From: Candidatus Methylomirabilis oxygeniifera | GTDB lineage: Bacteria > Methylomirabilota > Methylomirabilia > Methylomirabilales > Methylomirabilaceae | Assembly (NCBI GenBank): GCA_000091165.1 | Contig: FP565575.1 | Coordinates: forward strand, 1,140,001 to 1,172,000 | Direction of reading: 5' to 3' | Length of the DNA: 32,000 nt | Shown: positions 18,268 through 27,734 of the stretch, in pieces | How positions within the stretch are numbered: position 1 is the first letter of the stretch | Layout of the letters: each line of letters begins with the position of its first letter | Position numbers and translations under genes: made by a program | The notes under the pieces: generated by a model | Told to the model about the DNA's origin: nothing | What the model saw: only the letters and a program-made list of their open reading frames with translations | Databases searched by the model: none

Positions 18268-18881
18268 GAGAGAAAACCACGACGACACCGAAAGAGGCGA
18301 AGGCGCGTCATATCATCACCCTGCTCGTGGAAAACCACGCGGGCGTCCTCGCGCGTGTCGCCGCTCTTATTGCCGCAAAAGGGTATAACATCGATAGTCT
18401 CACCGTGGGGGAGACCATGGATCCATCCATCTCCAGGATGACTCTTGTGGTGAGGGGAGACGACTCGGTGGTGGAGCAGGCGGTCAAGCAGTTGAATCGG
18501 CTGATTGACGTGATCCGTGTCACTGACCTGACCGGTGAAGAGTTCGTCGAGCGTGAGCTGGTGCTTGTGAAGGTGAAAGCCAAACCGGAGGCAAAGGCTG
18601 AGATCCTTCGGATCGCCGATATTTTTCGGGCCAAGGTGGTGGATGTGGCGCCCGTTTCGTACATGCTGGAGCTGACCGGCGCCGAGGATAAGTTGAACGC
18701 CTTTGTTGAACTTCTCAGGCCGTACGGCATTCAGGAGTTTGCGAGGACGGGCATGACGGTGATGACCAGAGGCAGCAAAACGCTGAGTAAACAGACCGAA
18801 GAGATGTGGAAGGAACCGGACACCAAGCTTGTCCGCGACTCCGGTCGAGGAAAGGTGGTTGGGCTCGTCGAGAAGGGGTGA
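18264..18881 (+). CDS. ilvN: acetolactate synthase small (regulatory) subunit
   Basis: ATGA overlap with ilvB. ACT domain [34 protein letters not shown]. Carries a ~35-aa charged C-terminal extension beyond the usual length. Confidence 0.9.
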   Translation: MREKTTTTPKEAKARHIITLLVENHAGVLARVAALIAAKGYNIDSLTVGETMDPSISRMTLVVRGDDSVVEQAVKQLNRLIDVIRVTDLTGEEFVERELVLVKVKAKPEAKAEILRIADIFRAKVVDVAPVSYMLELTGAEDKLNAFVELLRPYGIQEFARTGMTVMTRGSKTLSKQTEEMWKEPDTKLVRDSGRGKVVGLVEKG

Positions 18882-18897
18882 GGGGGATGGAGGGCAG

Positions 18898-19902
18898 ATG
18901 ACTAAGCTATATTACGATGATGATGCTGATCTGAATCTGCTGGCGGGGAAGGCGATCGCCATCATGGGGTATGGCAGCCAGGGCCACGCCCATGCGCTCA
19001 ATTTCAAAAACAGTGGTCTCGATGTGATCGTCGGCCTCTACAAGGGAAGCAGATCATGGGAGAAGGCCACATCTGATGGGTTGAAAGTTGCTACCTGCGA
19101 GGAGGCCGCGCAAAGCAGCGACATCATTATGATGCTGGTGCCTGATCAGACCCAGCGGCAGATTTACCAGGAGTCGATCGAGAAGGCGCTCACACCCGGC
19201 AAGACCCTGATGTTCGCCCACGGTTTCAACATTCACTTTCATCAAATCCTGCCTCCACCGACCGTAGACGTATCTATGATCGCACCTAAGGCGCCAGGCC
19301 ATCTGGTGCGCCAGGTCTTTACGGAAGGGGGCGGCGTCCCCGCGCTGCTGGCAGTCCACCAGGATGTATCCGGGAAGGCGAAGGCGACGGCCCTGGCCTA
19401 CGCAAAAGGGATCGGGTGTACGAAAGCGGGCGTGCTCGAAACGACCTTTCGTGAAGAGACCGAGACTGACCTCTTCGGCGAACAGGCCGTCTTGTGTGGA
19501 GGAGCCTCCGCCTTGGTGAAGGCCGGATTTGAGACGTTGGTCAATGCCGGTTATCAGCCTGAGCTGGCCTACTTCGAATGCATGCATGAGCTGAAGCTGA
19601 TCGTCGACCTCTTCTACCGTGGCGGCTTGGCATACATGCGCTACTCGATCAGTGACACGGCTGAATATGGCGACTACAGCCGCGGTCCCCGCATCGTTAG
19701 TGATCAGGTAAAGGCCGAGATGCGAAAGATCCTTGATGAGATCCAGACCGGCGCCTTCGCTCGGGAATGGATCTTGGAAAACCAGGCCGGCAAACCCAGC
19801 TTTCTGGCTATGCGCAAGCAAGAGGCGGAGCATCCGATCGAGAAGGTAGGTAACGAGCTCCGGTCCATGATGACCTGGATCAAGAAGCCAGCGACGGACT
19901 AG
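18898..19902 (+). CDS. ilvC: ketol-acid reductoisomerase (class I)
   Basis: [35 protein letters not shown]... Start moved to ATG 18898, which lies after the ilvN stop. Confidence 0.93.
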   Translation: MTKLYYDDDADLNLLAGKAIAIMGYGSQGHAHALNFKNSGLDVIVGLYKGSRSWEKATSDGLKVATCEEAAQSSDIIMMLVPDQTQRQIYQESIEKALTPGKTLMFAHGFNIHFHQILPPPTVDVSMIAPKAPGHLVRQVFTEGGGVPALLAVHQDVSGKAKATALAYAKGIGCTKAGVLETTFREETETDLFGEQAVLCGGASALVKAGFETLVNAGYQPELAYFECMHELKLIVDLFYRGGLAYMRYSISDTAEYGDYSRGPRIVSDQVKAEMRKILDEIQTGAFAREWILENQAGKPSFLAMRKQEAEHPIEKVGNELRSMMTWIKKPATD

Positions 19903-19915
19903 CTGGAGCCTCACG

Positions 19916-19987
19916 GGTCAGCATTCAGCGATCAGCGAGACCAGGAAGAAAACAGTACTGAAAGGTGACGGCTGATCGCTGAATGCT
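19916..19987 (+). repeat. three tandem NNTCAGY heptamers (GGTCAGC ATTCAGC GATCAGC) forming the left arm of a perfect 17-bp inverted repeat
   Basis: agcattcagcgatcagc (19920-19936) is exactly complementary to gctgatcgctgaatgct (19971-19987), with a 34-nt loop. Begins 14 nt after the ilvC stop. Confidence 0.6.
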
Positions 19988-20000
19988 TACACACACGGAC

Positions 20001-20047
20001 AGACCCTCGCCGCTGATGAACAGACGGAGGCGAGGGTCTTTGTATTT
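20001..20047 (+). terminator. rho-independent terminator of the ilvBNC unit
   Basis: An 11-bp GC-rich stem, agaccctcgcc (20001-20011) with ggcgagggtct (20029-20039), followed by TTGTATTT. Confidence 0.6.
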
Positions 20048-20096
20048 AGCGGCCCCTTACAATCAGTCGGTGGGGCAAGGGTAGTAGCAAAGCCAG

Positions 20097-20969
20097 ATGA
20101 AGATCGTCGACATGTACAGCACAGGCAAGTTCGGCCTCTCTTTTGAGATATTCCCTCCGAAGACTGAGGCTGGAGAAGCTCAGTTATTCTCCGCCCTCGA
20201 AGCCCTGATGGTATTTCGCCCCTCCTTCGTGTCATGCACCTATGGCGCCGCAGGCTCGACTCAGGAACACACATTGGAACTGACGGTGAAGATCCGTAAG
20301 GCATGTGGCGTCACGACAGTCGCTCACCGGACCTGTGTGGGGTCAACCGCGGGGGGGATTCGGCAGTGGCTGAAAGAGGCCACCGACCTGGGCATTGAAA
20401 ATATCGTCGCTTTGCGCGGTGATCCGCCAAAGGGGCAGACGGAGTTTAAGAAGCCGGAGGGCGGGCTTGCGTATGCCAATGAACTGGTGGCGCTGATTCG
20501 GCAGGAGTTCCCCCACTTCAGTATTGCCGTTGCCGGCTATCCTGAAACGCATCAGGAGGCACCAAGTCCTGCCGTCGATTTGGCGAACCTCAAGAGAAAG
20601 GTGAATGCGGGTGCCGACGCAGTCATCACCCAGCTTTTTTATGACAATCGCGATTTCTTTGACTTTCGCAGTCGGTGCGTAGAGGCGGGGATTACAGCAC
20701 CTCTGATTCCAGGTATCCTGCCGGTAGTCAACTTAGGCCAGATTCAGCGTATCACCTCCATGTGCGGCGCGAAGATACCTGCCTCGTTTCTTGCCGAGCT
20801 GGAAACGTACCGGGATGACCCCGATGGGCAGGCGGGCGCGGGGGTGCGATTCGCGATCCGGCAATGCCGCGAACTGCTTGACGCAGGTATCCCAGGCCTG
20901 CACTTTTACCTCCTCAATAAGGCCGAAGCCACATTCCGGATCCTGGAAGCATTGAAGCTGTCCGGGTGA
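20097..20969 (+). CDS. metF: 5,10-methylenetetrahydrofolate reductase
   Basis: 290 aa. ...FGLSFEIFPPKT...SCTYGAAGST...ALRGDPP... is typical MetF. Confidence 0.9.
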   Translation: MKIVDMYSTGKFGLSFEIFPPKTEAGEAQLFSALEALMVFRPSFVSCTYGAAGSTQEHTLELTVKIRKACGVTTVAHRTCVGSTAGGIRQWLKEATDLGIENIVALRGDPPKGQTEFKKPEGGLAYANELVALIRQEFPHFSIAVAGYPETHQEAPSPAVDLANLKRKVNAGADAVITQLFYDNRDFFDFRSRCVEAGITAPLIPGILPVVNLGQIQRITSMCGAKIPASFLAELETYRDDPDGQAGAGVRFAIRQCRELLDAGIPGLHFYLLNKAEATFRILEALKLSG

Positions 20970-20972
20970 AGC

Positions 20973-20986
20973 GTTCAGCAATCAGC
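20973..20986 (+). repeat. NNTCAGY tandem heptamer (GTTCAGC AATCAGC) 4 nt after the metF stop
   Basis: Direct reading. Same family as 2264, 16470, 19916, 23435 and 31092(-). Confidence 0.4.
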
Positions 20987-21076
20987 TTTAGGAAAAAGGG
21001 GGGTACTGGGTGTGGTGTATAATTACTTGCAGGTAGATGATTAACAGTCTCATAAAAATGACTACAACGATCAGCA

Positions 21077-21152
21077 AAATCCCTCCTGACCTTCCTTTTC
21101 CAAAGGGAGGAATAAATCCCCTCTTTGGCAAAGAGGGGTAAGGGGAGATTTT
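21077..21152. repeat. composite palindromic element: two internal hairpins flanked by 16-nt imperfect terminal inverted repeats
   Basis: Outer arms are aaaatccctcctgacc (21077-21092) and ggtaaggggagatttt (21137-21152). The inner perfect hairpin CCCCTCTTT-ggc-AAAGAGGGG lies at 21118-21138, and a second hairpin ttcct...aggaa at about 21092-21112. The overlapping 92-aa minus-strand ORF is spurious. Confidence 0.55.
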
Positions 21153-21168
21153 AGAAGGTAGCAATCTT

Positions 21169-22122
21169 TTGAATTCAGTGCCGCTCATTGTGCTGGTGGG
21201 TCCGACTGCGGTCGGGAAATCATCCATGGCCCTCGCTGTTGCGGAGAGGGTACGGGGCGAGATCATCGCGGCCGACTCGATGCAGGTCTACCGCGGTCTT
21301 GACATCGGGACAGCGAAGCCAAGCGCTGATGAGCGACAGCGCGTCCCGCACCACCTCCTGGACCTGGTGAAGCCTGACCAGCCTTTCACGGCGGCCGATT
21401 ACATGAGACTGGCTTCTGCCGCCATCATCGACATTCGCGCTCGTGGACGCCTCCCAATCATAGTGGGGGGAACCGGCCTCTATGTTCGTGCGCTCTTCCG
21501 TGGCCTGGTTGACGGACCGGGGGAGATGACCCTGCTCAGAGAGACACTGTACCAGGAGGCCGAACGGGTAGGTAGCGCGACACTTCACCGGCGGCTTGAG
21601 ATCACCGACCCCGAGGCGGCTGCCACGATCCATCCCAATGACCTCTTTCGGGTCGTGCGCGCGCTCGAGGTGGCGGCCGTCAGTGGTCACCTCCTCTCTG
21701 CCCTCAGAGTAGAGGGGCGCCGCAATCATAAACCGGTCCCAGGACCTGTGCTGAGATTCGGACTTGAACGGAATCGTCAGGAGCTGTATCGCCGGATTGA
21801 GGCGAGGGTAGAAGCGATGATGACCCAGGGATTGTTACGTGAGGTCCAGGATCTGCTCGATCGCGGCTACGGCCCGGTACTCAAACCGCTACGAGCCATC
21901 GGGTACCGTCATATGATCGGGCACCTGAAGGGACAGATCCGCCTTGATGACGCCGTCGCGTCTCTCAAGCGCGACACGCGGCGGTATGCTAAACGGCAGC
22001 TTACCTGGTTCCGTCACGAAGACGAGATCGAGTGGCTGCCTGTCGAAGGATCGGCGTTGAACGAGCGCGTACTTCGCTTACTCGTCGAGCGAATCGAGAC
22101 TGCATGGTCACGAACCGTGTAG
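21169..22122 (+). CDS. miaA: tRNA dimethylallyltransferase
   Basis: P-loop LVGPTAVGKSS close to the N-terminus, then DSMQVYRGLDIGTAKP. TTG start at 21169 with GAAGG 10 nt upstream (GTG 21178 is an alternative). Confidence 0.9.
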   Translation: MNSVPLIVLVGPTAVGKSSMALAVAERVRGEIIAADSMQVYRGLDIGTAKPSADERQRVPHHLLDLVKPDQPFTAADYMRLASAAIIDIRARGRLPIIVGGTGLYVRALFRGLVDGPGEMTLLRETLYQEAERVGSATLHRRLEITDPEAAATIHPNDLFRVVRALEVAAVSGHLLSALRVEGRRNHKPVPGPVLRFGLERNRQELYRRIEARVEAMMTQGLLREVQDLLDRGYGPVLKPLRAIGYRHMIGHLKGQIRLDDAVASLKRDTRRYAKRQLTWFRHEDEIEWLPVEGSALNERVLRLLVERIETAWSRTV

Positions 22123-22127
22123 GGCGC

Positions 22128-23432
22128 ATGCGGATAGATCCTGTCGGTCCGCTGAAGGGCGAGCTGACCGTTCCAGGCGATAAGTCGATCACTCATCGGG
22201 CGATCATCCTGGGATCATTGGCCGATGGGACCAGCGAGATTACCGGTGCGCTTCGAAGCCATGACTGCCGTGATACCGCCAAGGCGTTCGGAACGATGGG
22301 TGTCACGATTCAAGAACCGGATAATGGTCGCCTGCAGATTCGGGGAGGCGGACTGTACGGTCTGAAGGAGCCGCAGAAGGTTCTGGATGTCGGGAATTCC
22401 GGAACGACGATGAGGCTCCTGGCGGGGGTACTGGCGGCACAGCCGTTCTTTTCCGTACTGACGGGCGACCGGTATCTGTGCGCACGGCCTATGGCCAGAG
22501 TGACCGTGCCCTTGAGATCGATGGGGGCAACCATCCTGGGTCGTGAGGGCGGCAACCTGCCCCCGCTTGCCATCAAAGGAACGCATCTGAGAGCGATCGA
22601 CTATGCGAGTCCGATTGCCAGCGCCCAGGTTAAATCTGCGATCCTGTTTGCGGGTCTCTTTGCCGATGGGCGGACGACAGTCACAGAGCCATCCCTCTCA
22701 CGCGATCATACGGAACGGATGTTTGAGGCGGTCGGTATACCGATCCACCGGAATGGTTTGAGGCTGCAAGTCGACAGCATCAAGGGAATCTCCCCGTTTC
22801 AGATGGCGATTCCTGGTGATTTTTCAGCGGCCGCCTTCTTTCTCGTCGCGGCCCTAGTCATTCCAGGGTCAGAGCTGACGTTGCGACAGGTGGGCGTCAA
22901 TCCGACCAGAACCGGCCTCTTGGATGCGTTGCAATCGATGGGCGCCGCGATTGAAGTCAGCCGACGCCGTATCGTCTCCGGTGAGCCGGTGGCCGACCTC
23001 CACGTCAGGAGTCAGGCGCTACACGGAACCGAGGTAACCGGAGAGTTGATCCCACGGATGCTTGACGAGATCCCTATATTCGCGGTGGCTGCCGCGCTCG
23101 CCGCCGGCCCCACCACTATACGGAATGCAGCCGAACTCCGAGTCAAAGAGGTGGATCGGCTTGCTGCGCTTGTTCAGGAACTTCGTCGATTCGGCGTGAA
23201 GATTGAGCAACACCCTGACGGTTTGACGATTCAGGGAAACTCTTCGCTATTGGGGTGCGACTGCGACAGTTGGGGAGACCACCGCATGGCGATGGCGTTG
23301 GCCGTAACAGGCTTGGCGGCAGAAGGGAGTACCACGATCTCCGATCCCTCCTCTGTCAGCAGCTCATTTCCTGATTTCTGGGAACGGCTGAACGCCATCC
23401 TACCGGGAGCAGCCGTTGCGATTGAGCAATAA
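22128..23432 (+). CDS. aroA: 3-phosphoshikimate 1-carboxyvinyltransferase (EPSP synthase)
   Basis: MRIDPVGPLKGELTVPGDKSITHRAIILGSLA..., LDVGNSGTTMRLL. The start could also be ATG 22104, which would overlap miaA by 19 nt. Confidence 0.9.
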   Translation: MRIDPVGPLKGELTVPGDKSITHRAIILGSLADGTSEITGALRSHDCRDTAKAFGTMGVTIQEPDNGRLQIRGGGLYGLKEPQKVLDVGNSGTTMRLLAGVLAAQPFFSVLTGDRYLCARPMARVTVPLRSMGATILGREGGNLPPLAIKGTHLRAIDYASPIASAQVKSAILFAGLFADGRTTVTEPSLSRDHTERMFEAVGIPIHRNGLRLQVDSIKGISPFQMAIPGDFSAAAFFLVAALVIPGSELTLRQVGVNPTRTGLLDALQSMGAAIEVSRRRIVSGEPVADLHVRSQALHGTEVTGELIPRMLDEIPIFAVAAALAAGPTTIRNAAELRVKEVDRLAALVQELRRFGVKIEQHPDGLTIQGNSSLLGCDCDSWGDHRMAMALAVTGLAAEGSTTISDPSSVSSSFPDFWERLNAILPGAAVAIEQ

Positions 23433-23434
23433 GC

Positions 23435-23448
23435 TTTCAGTGGTCAGC
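23435..23448 (+). repeat. NNTCAGY tandem heptamer (TTTCAGT GGTCAGC) 3 nt after the aroA stop
   Basis: Direct reading, followed by TTTTTCTT. Confidence 0.4.
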
Positions 23449-23517
23449 TTTTTCTTAGCACTCTTCTGTTTTGTCTGAAATTGATTGCTGAACGCTATTT
23501 TCTGGAGGAACGACCCT

Positions 23518-24219
23518 TTGAGAAGAACGACGGATTGTCTTATCATTGCCATTGATGGACCCGTGGGGGCCGGTAAAAGTACGGCGGCTCGGCTGCTGGC
23601 CCAGCGGCTGAGTTATCGGTATATCGACAGCGGGGCCATGTATCGCGCGCTCACCTGGAAGGCACTGCAGGAAGGACTTGATCTGGATGACGAACGTTCC
23701 GTGCGTCGGTTGGCCGACGCGACAGCCATTGCACTCGAACCTGACGGTGATCGAGAACGGATTCTTATCGATGGACAGGATGTCAGCCGACAGATCAGAG
23801 AGCGTGAGGTAGAACAGGCGACCTCGAAAATCTCCATCTACCCGAGCGTTCGCGAGGTGATGGTCGCACGTCAGCGACACATGGCAGCACAGGGAGGGAT
23901 CGTAATGGACGGCCGCGATATCGGCACGGTTGTCTTCCCGGACGCTGATGTGAAATTCTATCTGACGGCTCGGTTGGAGGTGCGGGCGGAACGTCGTTAC
24001 CGTGAGGTGCAGGCTGCCGGAGTGTCCCGCAAGATCAGTGATCTTACGGAGGAGATCGAGTCGCGAGATGCAAGAGATATGGGCCGATGCACCTCGCCGC
24101 TGCGAAAGGCCGACGAGGCCATGACAATCGATACAAGCGATCTGCCCATTTCTCAGGTCGTTGATGCGATGGAAGAGGAGATTCGACGGAAGGCAGCCGA
24201 CTCAGAAGGCTTGACGTGA
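23518..24219 (+). CDS. cmk: (d)CMP kinase
   Basis: IAIDGPVGAGKSTAARLLAQRLSYRYIDSGAMYRA. I prefer TTG 23518, with GGAGG at 23504-23508, over the track start 23485. Confidence 0.88.
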   Translation: MRRTTDCLIIAIDGPVGAGKSTAARLLAQRLSYRYIDSGAMYRALTWKALQEGLDLDDERSVRRLADATAIALEPDGDRERILIDGQDVSRQIREREVEQATSKISIYPSVREVMVARQRHMAAQGGIVMDGRDIGTVVFPDADVKFYLTARLEVRAERRYREVQAAGVSRKISDLTEEIESRDARDMGRCTSPLRKADEAMTIDTSDLPISQVVDAMEEEIRRKAADSEGLT

Positions 24220-24264
24220 GCGCCCTGAATTTTTTCTTGCGTTCCGGGGAGGTAGTCCGATATT

Positions 24265-24981
24265 ATGAGCAGTGCTTTCCTTCAAGGCCTTGCGCCCAAA
24301 AAGGCGATGACTCGCTCCCTCTTTACCATAGGTCGCCTTCTGTGCCTTGCTATCGCAAAGCTCGCGTTCCGTCTCCATGTCGAGGGACAGGAATTTATCC
24401 CCCGTACGGGACCGGCGATCCTGGCGGCGAATCACGTGAGCTATATCGATCCGATCATCATCGGAATCGCGATTCAGCGGCCGGTCTGCTTCATGGCCAA
24501 GAAGGAGTTGTTCCGTTCCCCGTTGTTTGGTTGGCTGCTCCGACAGTTCGGCACTATTCCGATCAATCGATACCGAACTGATGTGCAGGCCTTTAAGCGG
24601 GCAGCGTCTGCGCTGGAAGCGGGAGAGATTATCGCGATCTTTCCTGAAGGGACGCGTGGAGACGGGGTCGATCTGCGACCTGCGAAGCCGGGAATCGGAC
24701 TGATTGCAGCGCGAACAGGCGCCCCGGTGATACCAACGTTTCACCGAGGGACAGGGAAGGTATTGCCGAGAGGGGCATGGCTTCCCAGACCATATCGAAT
24801 CACGGTGAAATTTGGAGCCCCTTGTCGATTCCCGGAGAAACAGGCAGAAACAGAACAAGACCAAGTCGTGACGTTCAGCCAGACGATCATGGAAAAGATT
24901 GCGGCTCTGAAGATCGGGTCGGAGAGAGGCTCTCGATCGAGAGGGGACGATCGGGGTATGCAACAGGAAACCCAATGCTGA
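24265..24981 (+). CDS. plsC: 1-acyl-sn-glycerol-3-phosphate acyltransferase
   Basis: Acyltransferase motifs ANHVSYIDP (HX4D) and IFPEGTRG. ATG 24307 is an alternative start. Confidence 0.85.
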   Translation: MSSAFLQGLAPKKAMTRSLFTIGRLLCLAIAKLAFRLHVEGQEFIPRTGPAILAANHVSYIDPIIIGIAIQRPVCFMAKKELFRSPLFGWLLRQFGTIPINRYRTDVQAFKRAASALEAGEIIAIFPEGTRGDGVDLRPAKPGIGLIAARTGAPVIPTFHRGTGKVLPRGAWLPRPYRITVKFGAPCRFPEKQAETEQDQVVTFSQTIMEKIAALKIGSERGSRSRGDDRGMQQETQC

Positions 24982-25052
24982 TGAAGAAGCAAGGGTTCAG
25001 AGAGCGGACGTGAAGGAAACGCGTATCTTATTAAGAGGAGGAATTAAAGGGT

Positions 25053-26786
25053 ATGATGTCTGAGACGGACAAGTTGGAAGAGGCTGTTAACTCATCGACG
25101 GAAGCGTCGGATCGTGAGCTTCCCGCGCAGGAGCACGAGGATCTGCTTGATCTGTATACCCAGAGCCTGCAGGAAATTACCGAGGGGGAGATCGTCAGGG
25201 GGACTGTGCTGGAGATTAGGAACGATATGGTCCTGATCGATATCGGCTACAAGTCTGAAGGGGCTATACCAATCAAGGAATTCCAGGCGCCCTCCGGAGA
25301 ACTCACGGTCAAGGTCGGCGATACTGTCGATGTCTATTTAGAGCAGAAAGAGGATAGCGACGGCCTCATTGTCCTCTCGAGAGAGAAGGCGGAGAAAACC
25401 AAGATCTGGGATGATATTCGGCGAGCCTATGAGAAGGGTGACGTCATTAACGGAATGATTCTTGGCCGTACGAAAGGTGGCCTGACAGTAGATATTGGTG
25501 TCAGGGCCTTTCTGCCTGGTTCTCAGGTCGATCTGCGACCCGTCCGTGACCTCGATAAACTGATCGGGAAGAGCTTCCCGATGAAGGTGATAAAGCTGAA
25601 CCAGCGCCGGGGCAACATCGTCCTGTCCAGGCGGGAGTTGCTTGAGGAGGAGCGTCGGACTCTTAAGGAGAGGACCTTGCAATCGTTGGAGGAGGGGAAA
25701 ATTATACGAGGCAAGGTCAAGAATATTACCGAGTACGGCGCATTCATCGACCTTGGCGGACTGGACGGGCTGCTTCATATCACCGACATGTCCTGGGGCC
25801 GCGTCGGCCATCCATCCGAACTCTTTACCGTCGGCGATGAGATCGAGGTCGTCGTGTTGAAGTTCGACCGGGCGGCGGAACGGGTATCCCTTGGCCACAA
25901 GCAACGCTTGAAGGACCCGTGGGAGGATGTCGATCAGCGGTTTGCGATCGGCTCGCGCGTTCGCGGCAAAGTCATCAGCCTGACCGACTACGGCGCATTC
26001 GTGGAGCTTGCCGATGGAATCGAGGGGCTGGTCCACATCTCTGAGATGTCCTGGACGCAGCGAGTGAAACACCCCTCAAAAGTCGTCTCGGTCGGCGATT
26101 CTATCGAGGTGGTTGTCCTGGACGTCGATAAGGTGAATAAGCGGATCTCTCTGGGACTTCGCCAGATCGAACCGAACCCGTGGCTGTCGATTGAGGAAAG
26201 CTATCCGGTGGGGATGCGGGTCGAAGGCACCGTCAGGAACCTGACCGACTTCGGCGCGTTCGTGGAGTTGAACGACGGGATAGACGGATTGATCCACGTA
26301 TCCGATATGTCCTGGACCAAGCGAGTCCGTCATCCTTCCGAGGTATTGAAGCGAGGGGATAAAGTTGAGGCGGTTGTCCTGCACACCGATAAAGCGAATC
26401 GGCGAATCTCCCTGGGCCTCAAGCAAAGCCAGCCGGACCCCTGGCAATCTACCGTCCTCGACAAGTACCGCGTCGGTATGGACGTGAAAGCCAAGGTGGT
26501 TCGCCTTACCGATTTCGGGGCCTTCGTTGAACTCGAAGACGGAGTAGAAGGGCTGCTCCACATCTCCGAGCTGAGCCATGAACGGGTCGCGAAACCTGAG
26601 GATGTCGTTTCTATCGACCAAGAACTCTCGCTCAAGATTATCAAGTTGGACGCCAACGAACGTAAGCTCGGACTGAGCCTTCGCGCCTACCTGGATAGCC
26701 AGGAGGCGTCGGACCAACAAATCGATCAGGAAGTCGCCCCTCAGCAACCAGTGGAGCACCAGGAAGAGGGGGTTGAGGCCCAGTAG
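25053..26786 (+). CDS. rpsA: 30S ribosomal protein S1
   Basis: 577 aa with six S1 (OB) repeats (...G.V...T.(Y/F)GAF(V/I)(E/D)L..G(I/V/L)(E/D)GL(L/V/I)H(I/V)S(E/D)(M/L)S...). GAGGAGG lies upstream. Shows the cmk-rpsA-ihfB synteny. Confidence 0.95.
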   Translation: MMSETDKLEEAVNSSTEASDRELPAQEHEDLLDLYTQSLQEITEGEIVRGTVLEIRNDMVLIDIGYKSEGAIPIKEFQAPSGELTVKVGDTVDVYLEQKEDSDGLIVLSREKAEKTKIWDDIRRAYEKGDVINGMILGRTKGGLTVDIGVRAFLPGSQVDLRPVRDLDKLIGKSFPMKVIKLNQRRGNIVLSRRELLEEERRTLKERTLQSLEEGKIIRGKVKNITEYGAFIDLGGLDGLLHITDMSWGRVGHPSELFTVGDEIEVVVLKFDRAAERVSLGHKQRLKDPWEDVDQRFAIGSRVRGKVISLTDYGAFVELADGIEGLVHISEMSWTQRVKHPSKVVSVGDSIEVVVLDVDKVNKRISLGLRQIEPNPWLSIEESYPVGMRVEGTVRNLTDFGAFVELNDGIDGLIHVSDMSWTKRVRHPSEVLKRGDKVEAVVLHTDKANRRISLGLKQSQPDPWQSTVLDKYRVGMDVKAKVVRLTDFGAFVELEDGVEGLLHISELSHERVAKPEDVVSIDQELSLKIIKLDANERKLGLSLRAYLDSQEASDQQIDQEVAPQQPVEHQEEGVEAQ

Positions 26787-26804
26787 GGGGGCGCGAGCAA
26801 GACG

Positions 26805-27677
26805 ATGAAACGAACGTGGCTGATCGTCGGCCTGACGGTGTTCGTAAGTTTGCTGATCCTGTTCAGCCTGGCCTTCTCATTTGGCAGATGGGAGCGATTG
26901 GGTGGAAGCAAGGTTGCGCTGATCACGGTCGACGGGGTGATCCTGGATTCGAAGGAGATTATCGAGCAGCTCGAAAAGTACCGAACAAACCCATCGGTCA
27001 AGGCCATTGTCCTTCGGATCAACAGTCCTGGCGGCGGCGTGGCGCCTTCCCAGGAGATCCATGAAGAGGTCCTTAAAACCCGTCAGACCGATAAAAAACC
27101 GATAGTCGCCTCTATGGGGAGCGTCGCCGCGTCAGGTGGCTATTACATCGCGAGCGCAACCGATCTGATCGTGGCCAACCCAGGCACTATTACCGGTAGT
27201 ATCGGGGTTGTGCTTCAAGTCCCGAATATCTCCGGTCTCATGCAAAAAATCGGCGTGAAGTCAGTCGTCGTCAAGAGCGGCCTGCATAAAGACCTTGCTT
27301 CCCCGACCCGCGAGATGACCGATGCCGAGCGCCAGATTCTTCAGGGTATGCTGGACGATGTCCATGGCCAGTTTATCGATGCGGTGGCCATGGGTAGGCG
27401 TATAGATCGTAAGAAGGTCGAGACAATGGCCGACGGACGAATTTTCAGTGGGCGGGAGGCGCAATCGCTTGGACTGGTGGACCAACTCGGCAACCTTCAA
27501 GACGCAATCGAGCGGGCCGGTGCGTTAGCCGGGATTCGAGGGAAACCAACCGTCATCCAGGAACGAAAGCGGGGACTTCTCCTTATGGATCTGCTGCGCG
27601 GTAGCCTGAGTCTGTTGAATATCGACGTGCCGATCTATTCACCCTCAACGCTCTCTGTCAACTATCTTCTCTGGTAA
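26805..27677 (+). CDS. sppA: signal peptide peptidase SppA, 36K type (peptidase S49)
   Basis: N-terminal TM segment, then INSPGGGV, SMGSVAASGGYYIA (Ser nucleophile) and VVKSGLHKD (Lys). Confidence 0.88.
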   Translation: MKRTWLIVGLTVFVSLLILFSLAFSFGRWERLGGSKVALITVDGVILDSKEIIEQLEKYRTNPSVKAIVLRINSPGGGVAPSQEIHEEVLKTRQTDKKPIVASMGSVAASGGYYIASATDLIVANPGTITGSIGVVLQVPNISGLMQKIGVKSVVVKSGLHKDLASPTREMTDAERQILQGMLDDVHGQFIDAVAMGRRIDRKKVETMADGRIFSGREAQSLGLVDQLGNLQDAIERAGALAGIRGKPTVIQERKRGLLLMDLLRGSLSLLNIDVPIYSPSTLSVNYLLW

Positions 27678-27734
27678 GTGAATCGTTCCATTATGGTAGG
27701 CGAAGTCGTGCCGAAGACGGAGGAGTTGCCGATC

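Noticed and set aside
18780-18881. The ~35-aa C-terminal extension of IlvN as a fused extra domain.
   Set aside because: It is charged, low-complexity sequence without motifs, and small-subunit lengths vary. Not enough to claim anything.
20041-20096. SAM/SAH-type riboswitch in front of metF.
   Set aside because: There are only about 50 nt between the ilvC terminator and the metF ATG, with one 5-bp GCCCC/GGGGC stem. That is too short and lacks any riboswitch consensus I recognise.
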